Positions 16,333 through 25,535 of a stretch of 32,000 bases of DNA are shown here, one piece after another; within the stretch, counting starts at the first letter, position 1; every line of letters begins with the position of its first letter. The notes beneath the pieces were generated by a model that saw only the letters and a list, made by a program, of their open reading frames with translations, was not told the origin of the DNA and ran no database searches. The translations under genes and the position numbers were made by a program. Origin of the DNA: Methylorubrum extorquens (GTDB lineage Bacteria; Pseudomonadota; Alphaproteobacteria; Rhizobiales; Beijerinckiaceae); assembly GCA_900234795.1 (NCBI GenBank), contig LT962688.1, positions 4,500,001-4,532,000 on the forward strand. The letters run 5' to 3'.

Positions 16333-19300
16333 ATGGCACAATCCAGGACCGCCAAGCCCCGAGACGATCAGGATGCGAGCCCGGATGGGGGCGTTGCCCC
16401 GCTCGTTCCGACGGGAGCCCTGGCGGTGGCTCTGCTCGGTTTCGCGCAAGCCGCGCGGCCGTTGATCCACGTGGCCCGCGACGGGCGCCGCCTCGACGAG
16501 ATCGCCGCGGTCCTGCGGGCGCTGGCGCCGGAGCGGACGGTGGCTGTTTATCCCGAATGGGATTGCCTGCCCTTCGACCGCGCTTCGCCCTCGCGCGGGG
16601 TCATGGGCGCGCGCACAGGCGTGCTGCGCTGGCTGACTGACGACCGGGCACATCCGGACATCGTCCTGACCACCGCCCCCGCGCTGCTGCAGCGCGTGCC
16701 CCCGCCGGAGACGTGGGACTCCGCCCATATCGAGCTGCGCGTCGGCGAGCCGCTCGATTCGGAGCAGCTGACGGCGCAACTGGCACGGCTCGGCTATATC
16801 CTCGACGATCGCGTCGATGAGCCCGGCGAGGTGGCGGTCCGGGGACGGACCATTGACGTGTTCCCGGCCGCCGCACCGCTTCCCTGCCGGGTCGAGCATG
16901 ACGGGGCTCGCATCACCGCGATCCGCTCCTACGATCCGGTGTCGCAGCGCTCGCGCGTCGAAACCGAGCGGCTGGTGATCGATCCGGCGACCGAAATCAT
17001 GCTGGACCCGGATTCGAGTCTCGTCCTGGAGCCCTTCACCGGGCAGGAGCACCGGCTCGCCCGGTTCTATCCCGCGCTCGTGACGATGCTCGATTACGTG
17101 CCCGAGGCGCGCCTCGTGGTCGAGGCCGGGGTGGAGGAGCGGGCCGCGGCGTTCTTCGAGCAGATTGCCGAGGGCCGCGAGGCGGAAGGGGCGATGTCAC
17201 CTTCCGGCAGCCGGCGGGATGACCGATCCCAACAGACGCCCGCGCCGGATCTCTATCTCGCGCCCAAGGAATGGGCGAAATTGGCCGAGGCACGCAGTCT
17301 CGCGTCGGCGACGAGCGCCGAGGCAGAGCGGATCGCAGGGCCGGTCTTCGTCCGCGAGCGCCGCCCCGAGGCCGCCTTTGCCAAAGCCCTGCGCGCCGCG
17401 CTGAAAGCGGGCGAGCGCGTCGTGCTCACCGGCCCCAAGGCGCCGCTGCGCCGCCTCGTGCGGGCGGCCGCCGCGGCCGACGAGCGAACCGTGCGCCTGA
17501 TCGATGGCTGGGCCGAGGTCGAGGCTGCGGAGCCCGGCGCGATGCTGGCGATCGAGATGCCGGTCGAAGCGGGGTTTCACGTGCCGCAGGCCGGGGCGAC
17601 GGTGATCGCCGCCGCCGATCTGTTCGGGCCCCTGGCGGCGGGCGCGGGTCGGCGGGCCGCCGTGCTGCCGATCGGCGAGGTCGAGCTGCGGGTCGGCGAC
17701 GTGGCGATCGACCGCGATCACGGCCTGTGCCTGTTCGAGGGGCTGGAGGCGATCCGCGGCGGCGAAGAGGACGAGGAAGACGCCCTGCGCCTGCGTTTTG
17801 CCGATGATGCCATCCTCATGGTGCCGGTGAGCCAAGCGGACCGGATCTGGCGCTACGGCTCGGAGGCCGACGCCGTGACCCTCGACCGGCTCGACGGCGG
17901 CACTTGGGCTCGGCGGCGCCTGGAGGCGGAGGCGACGCTCGCCAAGGCGGCGCGGGCGATGCTGAAGGCCGCGCAGGAGCGCCGGGAGGCCCACGCCCCG
18001 CAGATCGTGCCGCCCGAGCGCGAGATGGAGCGCTTCGCGGCCGGTTTTGGCTATCCGCTCACCGGCGATCAGGCCAGGGCGGTGGAGGAGACGCTGGCCG
18101 ACCTTGCCCGCGAGATGCCGATGGACCGGCTCGTCTGCGGCGATGTCGGCTTCGGCAAGACCGAGGTGGCCCTGCGCGCCGCGGCGGCGGCGATCTTTGC
18201 CGGGCGGCAGGTCGCCGTCATGGCGCCGACCACGGTGCTGGTGCGCCAGCATGTCGAGACGTTCCGGCGCCGGTTTGCCCGGTTCGGCATCGAGGTGGCG
18301 CATCTCTCGCGCCTCGTCTCCCCCGCCGAGGCGAAGCGGGTGAAGCAGGGCTTGGCCGATGGCAGCGTCCGCCTCGTCGTCGGCACCCAGGCGCTCGCCG
18401 GGCGCGGCGTATCGTTCCACGATCTCGGCCTTGCCATCATCGACGAGGAGCAGCGCTTCGGGGCCAAGACCAAGGCGAGCCTGCGCAAGGCGGCGGGCGA
18501 TGCCCACATCCTCACGCTAAGCGCGACACCAATCCCGCGCACGCTCCAGGCGGCGATGGTCGGCCTGCAGAGCCTCAGCGTGATCGCCACGCCCCCGGCG
18601 GTGCGCCAGCCGATCCGCACGGTGATTGCCCCGTTCGAGGAGACGACGCTGGCCGCGGCTTTGCGGCGCGAGCACCGCCGCGGCGGACAGAGCTTCGTGG
18701 TCTGCCCGCGCATCGAGGACATCGCGCCGATGGCCAAGCGCCTGCGCGCGCTCGTGCCGGGGCTCGACGTGGTGACGGCGCATGGCGAGATGAAGCCCGC
18801 CGAGATGGACGACGCGATGGTGCGCTTCGCCGACGGCAACGGCGATGTGCTGCTCGCCACCAGCATCATCGAGAGCGGGCTCGACGTGCCGCGGGCCAAC
18901 ACCATGCTGGTCTGGGACGCGGAGCGGTTCGGCCTTGCGCAACTGCACCAGTTGCGCGGCCGCGTCGGGCGCGGACAGCGGCGCGGGGTGGTGTACCTGT
19001 TCGGGCATCCCGACAAGCCGCTCAGCCCCTCGACGGAGAAGCGGCTGCGCACCCTGGAGGCGCTCGACCGACTCGGGGCGGGCTTTGCCATCTCCGCCCG
19101 CGACCTCGACCTGCGCGGGGCGGGCGACCTCGTCGGCGACGACCAATCCGGCCACGTCAAGCTCGTGGGGCTCGGCCTCTACCAGCATCTGCTGCAACTG
19201 GCCCTGCGCGCGGCCAAGGGCGAGGCGGCCGAGGATTGGAGCCCGGAGGTGCGGATCGGCCTGAACGGCCGTGTGCCCGCCGACTACATCCCCGAACCCG

Positions 19301-19669
19301 AAATCCGCCTGAGCCTCTATACGCGTCTCCTCCGCCTGCGCGCCGAGGCCGAGATCGACGCGCTGCGCGACGAGATCGAGGATCGCTTCGGACCTCTGCC
19401 GGAATCGGTGGACGCGCTGTTCACCCTGGCGCGCCTGCGGATCGGCTGCCTCGCCCTCGGCATCGTCCGCCTCAGCGGCGGTCCGCAGGGGGATCGCGGC
19501 CGATTTCCATCCGGACCGGCAGGCACCGGTGATCCCGGTCTCCGACGAGATCACGGTTCGGGATCGGCGCATCGTCATCCGCGGGGGCTGCGACGATGCG
19601 GTCGAGCGCGGCGCACGCGCCGCCGTTTTCCTGCACCGTCTCCAGGACGCCCACGATCGGCGTGGCTGA
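16333..19669 (+). CDS. mfd: Transcription-repair coupling factor Mfd with an apparent +1 frameshift at the G5 run 19488-19492
   Basis: Superfamily-2 helicase motifs are present (CGDVGFGKTEVA, IIDEEQRFG, LTLSATPIPRTL, QLHQLRGRVGRG). After ...RLSGGPQG the annotated frame turns into about 100 aa of Arg/Gly junk. The next frame reads IAADFHPDRQAPVIPVSDEITVRDRRIVIRGGCDDAVERGARAAVFLHRLQDAHDRRG and stops at 19667-19669. The span is 3n+1 nt. Confidence 0.9.
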
Positions 19670-19690
19670 TCGGTGATCGCATGAACGGAA

Positions 19691-19719
19691 GCCCTCCCGG
19701 TTGCCGAAACCGGGAGGGC
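19691..19719 (+). terminator. Perfect 12-bp hairpin (GCCCTCCCGGTT-GCCGA-AACCGGGAGGGC) 22 nt after the corrected mfd stop
   Basis: The inverted repeat was read directly from the sequence. It has no U tract. It lies inside the uncorrected 16333..19782 ORF, which supports the corrected stop at 19669. Confidence 0.45.
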
Positions 19720-19854
19720 ACGAGGCGGGGGAGGGCCGTGTGTTCGGGACGAGGGCTAGGTCGCCGCCGCAAAGTCATGTGAGCCAAATTATGGTCACCC
19801 AACACGACAGTTAAACTTGCCCTGAGCACCGCGGGACTCGAGGCTCTGAACGGG

Positions 19855-20260
19855 ATGCTCGACGCGGAAATCAGTATCTCCTCGATCCCAACGCCTTTCG
19901 CGAGATTGGCAAAACCGCCACTCATGAGAACGTTGCTGCATGGCTGAAGGGTATCAATGATTTGGATCGCGCCGGCAGCGCCCTGACCGTGTGGGAAATG
20001 ACGAAGAGCGGTGCCAAAAAGACGGAGGTCGCACAGAAGAGTGCGGCGCGCTTCGTCGTAGCACTCGATGCCGTCGAGGATCGCATTCTGCCAGTCGATC
20101 GCGAAGTGGCGACGCTCTGGGTGACAGTGCTGTCCGTCAGCGAGAAGCATGGCGATGATACCGGCATCGTGGCGACGGACCGGGTCCCCTTGTTCTGGTG
20201 ACGCGCAACATCGGCCGCATGATCCGTCGAGGGCTAAGACGATCGGTTCCTGACTGCCCC
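19855..20260 (+). pseudogene. Degraded PIN-domain (VapC/FitB-like) toxin remnant
   Basis: The main frame reads ...HENVAAWLKGINDLDRAGSALTVWEM...ALDAVEDRILPVDREVATLW...DDTGIVATDRV. The expected C-terminal ...LVLVTRNIGRM continues only in another frame (20180-20230). The N-terminal MLDAEISISS lies in a third frame. No intact antitoxin gene is visible upstream. Confidence 0.45.
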
Positions 20261-20369
20261 CACGGTTGGGCGGCGCGGGTGTCAGATCCCCAGGGTCTTT
20301 GGGCTGTGGTGATCAGGCGTGCCCGGCGATCGAAGCGCGATGATCGATCCCCGAAGCCGATTCTGGCGA

Positions 20370-21296
20370 TCAGAGGCCGCTCGCGCGCAGCCAGTTGAGC
20401 AGCGGCGCGTGCGGGTGTCCTGGCTCGATCGGACGGGGGGCGAGGAGTTCGTAGCGGGAGCCGTCCTCGATAAAGCCGCACGGTGCGCAGAGGATGCCGC
20501 TGGCGATGTCGTCGCGCACGAGTTGCCAGGGGCCAATGGCGACCCCGATCCCCGCCACCGCTGCCTGCAGGCTGAAGTAGAAGTGATCGAACACTTGTGC
20601 CCGGCCGTCGGACACGGATCCTCCGGTCAGGCGGTGCCACGTCTGCCAAGCGTCTAGCCGGTTGCGACTGTGCAGAAGCGGCGCGCCCGCGCGCACGACC
20701 GGATGCCCTCCGGTGTCAGCCTCGAAGAACGTCTCGACCTGATCGACCCGGCACACCGCACCGATCCGCTCATCGAACAGCGGATGGGCGTGAAGAGCCT
20801 GCGCGGGAGCGAAGTCGTTGCGGCGGATGGCGAGATCGACGCCTCCTTCGAGCCGGACCGGTCCACAGCCCGCGACGAGATGCAGGCTGAGGTTGGGGTG
20901 AATCGCCTCGAACTGCGGCAGCCGCGGGATCAGCCACCGCATCAGCAGCGTCGGCTCGCAGGAGAGAACCAGGGGCGCGTCACGCTGCGCGGCCTTCAGG
21001 CTGCGGATGGCGTCTTCCATGCTCGCGAAGCCGTCGCGCACGGCGCGCGCCAGCCCGCGCCCGGCATCGGTCAGGAAGACGCGCCGGCTGCGCCTCTCGA
21101 ACAGGGCGAAGCCCAATTCCTTCTCCAGCAGGCCCACCGCGCGGCTGATCGCGCCCGGCGTGAGATGAAGGGCGGTCGCCGCACCCGTGAAGCTCCCCAG
21201 TCGGGCGGCCGCATCGAAGCAGCGTAGCGCATTAAGCGAGGGGAGGCGGGCCGGTTCGATCTGTGAGCTCAGCTCACCATCGTGGTCAGAAAGCAT
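20370..21296 (-). CDS. LysR-family transcriptional regulator (GcvA-like)
   Basis: The 308-aa product has an N-terminal HTH LPSLNALRCFDAAARLGSFTGAATALHLTPGAISRAVGLLEKELGFALFER and a C-terminal substrate-binding domain. It is divergent from the LysE gene. Confidence 0.88.
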   Translation of the reverse strand: MLSDHDGELSSQIEPARLPSLNALRCFDAAARLGSFTGAATALHLTPGAISRAVGLLEKELGFALFERRSRRVFLTDAGRGLARAVRDGFASMEDAIRSLKAAQRDAPLVLSCEPTLLMRWLIPRLPQFEAIHPNLSLHLVAGCGPVRLEGGVDLAIRRNDFAPAQALHAHPLFDERIGAVCRVDQVETFFEADTGGHPVVRAGAPLLHSRNRLDAWQTWHRLTGGSVSDGRAQVFDHFYFSLQAAVAGIGVAIGPWQLVRDDIASGILCAPCGFIEDGSRYELLAPRPIEPGHPHAPLLNWLRASGL

Positions 21297-21365
21297 CGTT
21301 GGTCATGATCCTTCCGATCCCGCAAAATCCCTGTACCACCACTCGCGCGAGCCCAAGGACAGGCC

Positions 21366-21989
21366 ATGACCGAATTGTTCGCTGTCGTCACCATCACGAT
21401 CCTGGCGGTCATCAGTCCGGGCCCGGACTTCGCGATGGTCTCGCGCAACAGCCTGCTGCTGTCGCGGCGCGCCGGCGTGCTGACCGCAATCGGCATCGGC
21501 GGCGGCGTGCTCGTCCATGTGGGCTACACGATGCTCGGCGTCGGCCTGCTGATCCAGCAATCGCTCTGGCTGTTCACGGTACTCAAGCTTCTGGGCGCGG
21601 GTTATCTGATCTGGCTGGGCGTCAGGATGCTGAGGGCGAGGCCGGCCGCCGAAAGTAGCGTGATGGACGCAGCGCCGGTCGGGCTCTCGACGAGCCGTGC
21701 CCTGCGCATTGGCTTCCTCACCAACGCGCTCAACCCTAAGACGACCGTGTTCATCGTGAGCCTGTTCATGCAGGTGGTGCAGCCATCGACGCCGCTCGCC
21801 GTCCAGATCGGCTACGGCGCCTTCATCGCCGCGACGCACATCGTCTGGTTCGCCCTCGTGGCGCTCTTCCTCTCATCGGGCGCGGTGCGCCATCGCATCC
21901 TGCGCGTGCGGCACTGGATCGACCGTGCCTTCGGCGCCCTGCTGGTCGGGCTTGGCTTGAAGCTCGCCTCCACGTCCATGTCACGGTGA
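21366..21989 (+). CDS. LysE/RhtB-family amino-acid efflux protein
   Basis: The 207-aa membrane protein contains ...ISPGPDFAMVSRNSL... and ...LKLLGAGYLIWLG..., which are typical of the family. Confidence 0.85.
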   Translation: MTELFAVVTITILAVISPGPDFAMVSRNSLLLSRRAGVLTAIGIGGGVLVHVGYTMLGVGLLIQQSLWLFTVLKLLGAGYLIWLGVRMLRARPAAESSVMDAAPVGLSTSRALRIGFLTNALNPKTTVFIVSLFMQVVQPSTPLAVQIGYGAFIAATHIVWFALVALFLSSGAVRHRILRVRHWIDRAFGALLVGLGLKLASTSMSR

Positions 21990-22061
21990 TGGCTGCGCAA
22001 CGGTAGTTCTGACGGCAGGCTGGTCCGAGCTCCGCGCGGAGGTGGGATCGGCTGATCCCGT

Positions 22062-22991
22062 CTATCCGGCGGTCACGCCGAAGCCCTGCACGGGACGGCC
22101 CTGAGCCTCCCGCAGCAGGTTGTCGGCCATGAAGCCCACGAAGGCCGAGACCTTGGGCGAGGGATGGCGGCTCGCCGGCCACAGGATGTGGAAGGCGCCG
22201 ACATCGCGCAGGTGATCCTCCAGCACGCTGACCAGTGCGCCCCGGCGAAGCGGGCCGCGCACCGCGAAATGCGGCAGGCAGGCAAGGCCGAAGCCCTCCT
22301 CCGCCATGCAGAGCTGCGGTTCCAGCGTGCTCGTGACGCAAGCGACCGGCAGCGCGAGGTCGAGGTCGACGCCATCGCGCATCAGCGGCCAGCGCTCCAG
22401 CCGGCCGGTCGAGGGGAACTTGTGGTGCAGGCAGGCGTGCTCGAGCAGATCCTCGGGCAGGCGCGGCGTGCCGCGCGCGGCGAGGTAATCGGGCGACGCG
22501 ACGATCCGGTGACTGAAGGCGCCGGCCCGTCGCATCATCAGCCGCGAGTCGCGCGCCGCGCCGGTGCGGATCACCGCGTCGAAGCCCTCCTCGATCACGT
22601 CCACGACCCGGTCGGTGAAGTCGAGGTCGAGCTCGATCTCGGGATAGGCGCGCAGGAAGGCCGTCACCGCCGGCATCATCAGCATGCCGATCAGCGGCAA
22701 GGAGACCCGGAGCTTGCCGCGCGGCGCCTGACGGGTGCGTGACAGCTCCAGTTCGGCCGCCTCGATCTCGCAGAAGATGCGCCGGCAGCGGTCGAGAAAC
22801 AGCGCGCCCTCGGGCGTGAGGGTCAGCGAGCGGGTCGAGCGGTGGAACAGGCGCACGGCGAGCCGCGCCTCCAGCCGCGCCACCGCCTTGCCCACTGCCG
22901 AGGCCGAGAGGCCGAGCTTGGTCGCGGCCGCGGCGAAGCCCCCGCTCTCGGCGGTCTGAACGAAGGCGTTGAGCGCGCCGAGATGCTCCAT
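22062..22991 (-). CDS. LysR-family transcriptional regulator
   Basis: The start is taken at MEHLGALNAFVQTAESGGFAAAATKLGLSASAVGKAVARLEARLAVRLFHR (ATG 22989-22991), giving 309 aa. The ORF-track start at 23102 adds a non-homologous extension overlapping the divergent MFS gene. Confidence 0.88.
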   Translation of the reverse strand: MEHLGALNAFVQTAESGGFAAAATKLGLSASAVGKAVARLEARLAVRLFHRSTRSLTLTPEGALFLDRCRRIFCEIEAAELELSRTRQAPRGKLRVSLPLIGMLMMPAVTAFLRAYPEIELDLDFTDRVVDVIEEGFDAVIRTGAARDSRLMMRRAGAFSHRIVASPDYLAARGTPRLPEDLLEHACLHHKFPSTGRLERWPLMRDGVDLDLALPVACVTSTLEPQLCMAEEGFGLACLPHFAVRGPLRRGALVSVLEDHLRDVGAFHILWPASRHPSPKVSAFVGFMADNLLREAQGRPVQGFGVTAG

Positions 22992-23082
22992 GGTCGAGCT
23001 CGAATTGCGGACGCCGATGTCCGGTTTGATCGGAACCCTAGCGCCATTCTTCCCGAATGGGGAGCAGCCTACCGTCCTCGCC

Positions 23083-24291
23083 ATGACCCAGACCTGCTTC
23101 ACCGCCGCGCCAGCTCATGACGCCGCGCCATCCGACCGCCTGCCGCTGCCGGGCCTGCTCGCCCTCGCGATGGCCGGCTTCGTCACCATCCTGACGGAAG
23201 CGCTGCCGGCCGGCCTGCTGCCGCAGATCGGTGCCGGCCTCGGCGTGTCCGAGGCGCTGGCCGGGCAGCTCGTCGCGGTCTACGCGCTGGGCTCGCTCGC
23301 CGCCGCGATCCCGCTCACGGCGGCGACGCAGGGGATGCGGCGCCGGCCGCTGCTGCTCATCGCCATCGCCGGCTTCGCGCTGGCCAACACGGTGACGGCG
23401 GTTTCGCCGAGCTATGCGCTCACCCTCGCGGCACGCTTCTGTGCTGGCGTTTCGGCGGGGCTGCTCTGGGCGCTGATCGCCGGCTACGCTGCCCGGATGG
23501 TTCCGGCCCGTCTCAAGGGCCGGGCGATCGCGGTGGCGATGGTGGGCACGCCGCTGGCACTCTCGCTCGGCGTACCCGGCGGCACCTTCCTCGGCGCCGT
23601 GATCGGCTGGCGCCTCTGCTTCGGGCTGATGACCGGGCTGACGCTCGTCCTGATCGGCTGGGTGCTGGCGACGGTGCCGGACTTTCCCGGGCGGGGGGAA
23701 GGGCGGCGGCACCGGCTCAGTTCGGTCCTGGCGAGGCCGGGGGTGCGACCGGTGCTGGTCGTCACCCTCGCCTTCGTGCTCGCCCACAACATCCTCTACA
23801 CCTACGTTGCGCCCTTCCTCGCTGCGGCCGGGATGCCGGAACGCACTGACCTCGTGCTGCTCGTATTCGGCGTGACCTCGCTCGCCGGCATCGTCGTCGT
23901 CGGAACCCTCATCGCCCGTCGGCTGCGGGTGCTGACGCTCGCTGGCATCGCGCTCTTCGGCCTCGCGGCGCTGGCGCTCGGATTGGGGGGCGATGTTTCA
24001 GCCGTAGTCTACGGCGCGGTCGCGGCCTGGGGGCTCGCCTTCGGCGGGGCGGCGACCCTGTTCCAGACCGCCTTATCGGACGCGGCGGGCGAGGCCGCCG
24101 ACATCGCCCAGTCGATGCTGGTCACCACCTGGAACGCTGCCATCGCCGGCGGCGGCGTGATCGGCGCAGCCATCCTGGAGAGCGCCGGCGTCGGCGGCTT
24201 CGCGCCGGCCCTCCTGCTCCTACTTACCCCCGCCTTTCTCGTCGCATTCCGCGCCCGCCACCACGGCTTCCCGCCGGTTGCCGGCGCCTGA
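23083..24291 (+). CDS. MFS transporter (12-TM drug/metabolite efflux type)
   Basis: The start is taken at MTQTCFTAAP... (ATG 23083), giving 402 aa of repeated hydrophobic helices. The loop pattern ...GMRRRPLLLIAIAGFALAN... is MFS-like. It is divergent from the LysR gene. Confidence 0.82.
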   Translation: MTQTCFTAAPAHDAAPSDRLPLPGLLALAMAGFVTILTEALPAGLLPQIGAGLGVSEALAGQLVAVYALGSLAAAIPLTAATQGMRRRPLLLIAIAGFALANTVTAVSPSYALTLAARFCAGVSAGLLWALIAGYAARMVPARLKGRAIAVAMVGTPLALSLGVPGGTFLGAVIGWRLCFGLMTGLTLVLIGWVLATVPDFPGRGEGRRHRLSSVLARPGVRPVLVVTLAFVLAHNILYTYVAPFLAAAGMPERTDLVLLVFGVTSLAGIVVVGTLIARRLRVLTLAGIALFGLAALALGLGGDVSAVVYGAVAAWGLAFGGAATLFQTALSDAAGEAADIAQSMLVTTWNAAIAGGGVIGAAILESAGVGGFAPALLLLLTPAFLVAFRARHHGFPPVAGA

Positions 24292-24321
24292 TCGCGGAGA
24301 ACGTCCGCGGCATTCTCCGCA

Positions 24322-24560
24322 ATGCGCTTCGACGGACGGGTCGCGCTGGTCACCGGCGCAGAGCGCGGCCTCGGACTCGCCTATGCGACGCTTCTTGCCG
24401 CGCGCGGCGCGCATGTGGTGGTCCATGACATCGGGGCGGACCTGGATGGAAGCGGGTCCGATCCCGCCGTCGCGGGGCAGGTGGCGGTGAGGATCGCGGC
24501 GCAAGGCTGCGCCGAGCCGGCCTTGGCCGATCGACGGCCACGGCGACCGCCATCGGCTAG
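24322..24560 (+). pseudogene. N-terminal fragment of a short-chain dehydrogenase/reductase (SDR)
   Basis: MRFDGRVALVTGAERGLGLAYATLLAARGAHVVVHDIG... is a Rossmann TGxxxGxG N-terminus. Only about 70-80 codons remain. A shifted frame ends at the tandem stops TAG-TGA (24558-24563). No catalytic YxxxK region follows. Confidence 0.6.
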
Positions 24561-24869
24561 TGAAAGGCGTGTTCGCCCACTACGCGCCCATCGCCGCCAT
24601 CTCGCCCTCGGGATCGCCGTGTTCGGCCCGGGCATCACCGCCGCCTCCTTCATCCTGGCCTTGAGTCTGTCGCTGCTCGCGCTCATCCTCGGCGTGAGGA
24701 GTCCGTTCGTCGCCGGCGGCACGGCCTGCGCGATGTTCCTCGCTGCCACGAGCGTGCAGATCCTCGCCCGCCGCTACGCCGTGCGGACCGTCCTCTTCAT
24801 GGCGGCTGCCGCGACCGTGCTGGCGCTCGCTGGATTGTCGGTCGGGGGCTTCGTCGGCCGGTCGCCGGG

Positions 24870-25515
24870 GCTGTGCAGGAGCGCGCCGACCGCCTCCTTG
24901 TCACCCTGCACCACCTGGAACACGCCATCGGGCAGGCCGGCCTCCTTGAGCCACTCGGCCATCCGCAAAGCGGTCGACGGGTCACGCTCGGAGGGCTTCA
25001 GGACGAAGCAGTTGCCGCAGACGAGCGCCACGGGAAACATCCACATCGGCACCATGGCGGGGAAGTTGAACGGCGTGATGCCGGCGACCACGCCGAGCGG
25101 CTGGCGCAGGGAGTGGCTGTCGACGCGGGTGACGACATTCTCGGTCACCTCGCCCTTCAGAAGCTGCGGGATGCCGGTGGCGAATTCCACGACTTCGGCC
25201 CCGCCCTGGATCTCGCCCTTGGCGTCCGAGAGTACCTTGCCGTGCTCGGCGGTGATGACGGTAGCGAGTTCGTCGGTGTGCTCCTCGAGGATGCGCAGGA
25301 GGCGATTGAGGATGCGCGCGGCGCAAGGGCGGCGTGGCAGCCCAAGCCGGGAAGGCAGCCTTGGCGACTGCGATCGCCCCTCCGACCTCGGCGGCCGTCG
25401 CGAGCGCAACCGTCGCCGTCTGCTCACGGGTGGACGGATCGAAGCTAGGCGAGGACTGGCCGACGCGGCCGAGAACGGGCTTTCCGCCAATGTATTAGGC
25501 GACGATCGTGGACAT
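24870..25515 (-). pseudogene. mmsA: Methylmalonate/malonate-semialdehyde dehydrogenase (MmsA-type ALDH), disabled by a nonsense codon, a frameshift and 3' truncation
   Basis: A good SD (GGGGAGAGG) precedes the ATG at 25513-25515. The reading MSTIVA is followed by an in-frame TAA (25495-25497). It then continues [60 protein letters not shown]. The frame changes near 25310-25320 to [26 protein letters not shown]...[39 protein letters not shown]...VVQGDKEAV. Similarity stops at about 215 codons, versus about 500 aa expected for this family. Confidence 0.75.
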
Positions 25516-25535
25516 TGGGGCCTCTCCCCAGGAGG

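Noticed and set aside
12661-17052. A giant 1463-aa minus-strand ORF spanning ureG to mfd
   Set aside because: It is antisense to six well-supported plus-strand genes (the ureG 3' end, ureD, urea transporter, amt, the mfd 5' end). Its translation is dominated by R/G/D/H/A runs with no domain-like pattern. This is a typical stop-free antisense frame in very GC-rich DNA.
16333-19782. Numerous 60-540-aa ORFs overlapping mfd on both strands (for example 17197-18507, 17904-19532, 18069-19160, 18517-19578)
   Set aside because: All are off-frame or antisense to a gene with clear helicase motifs. Their translations are low-complexity R/G/A/P-rich.
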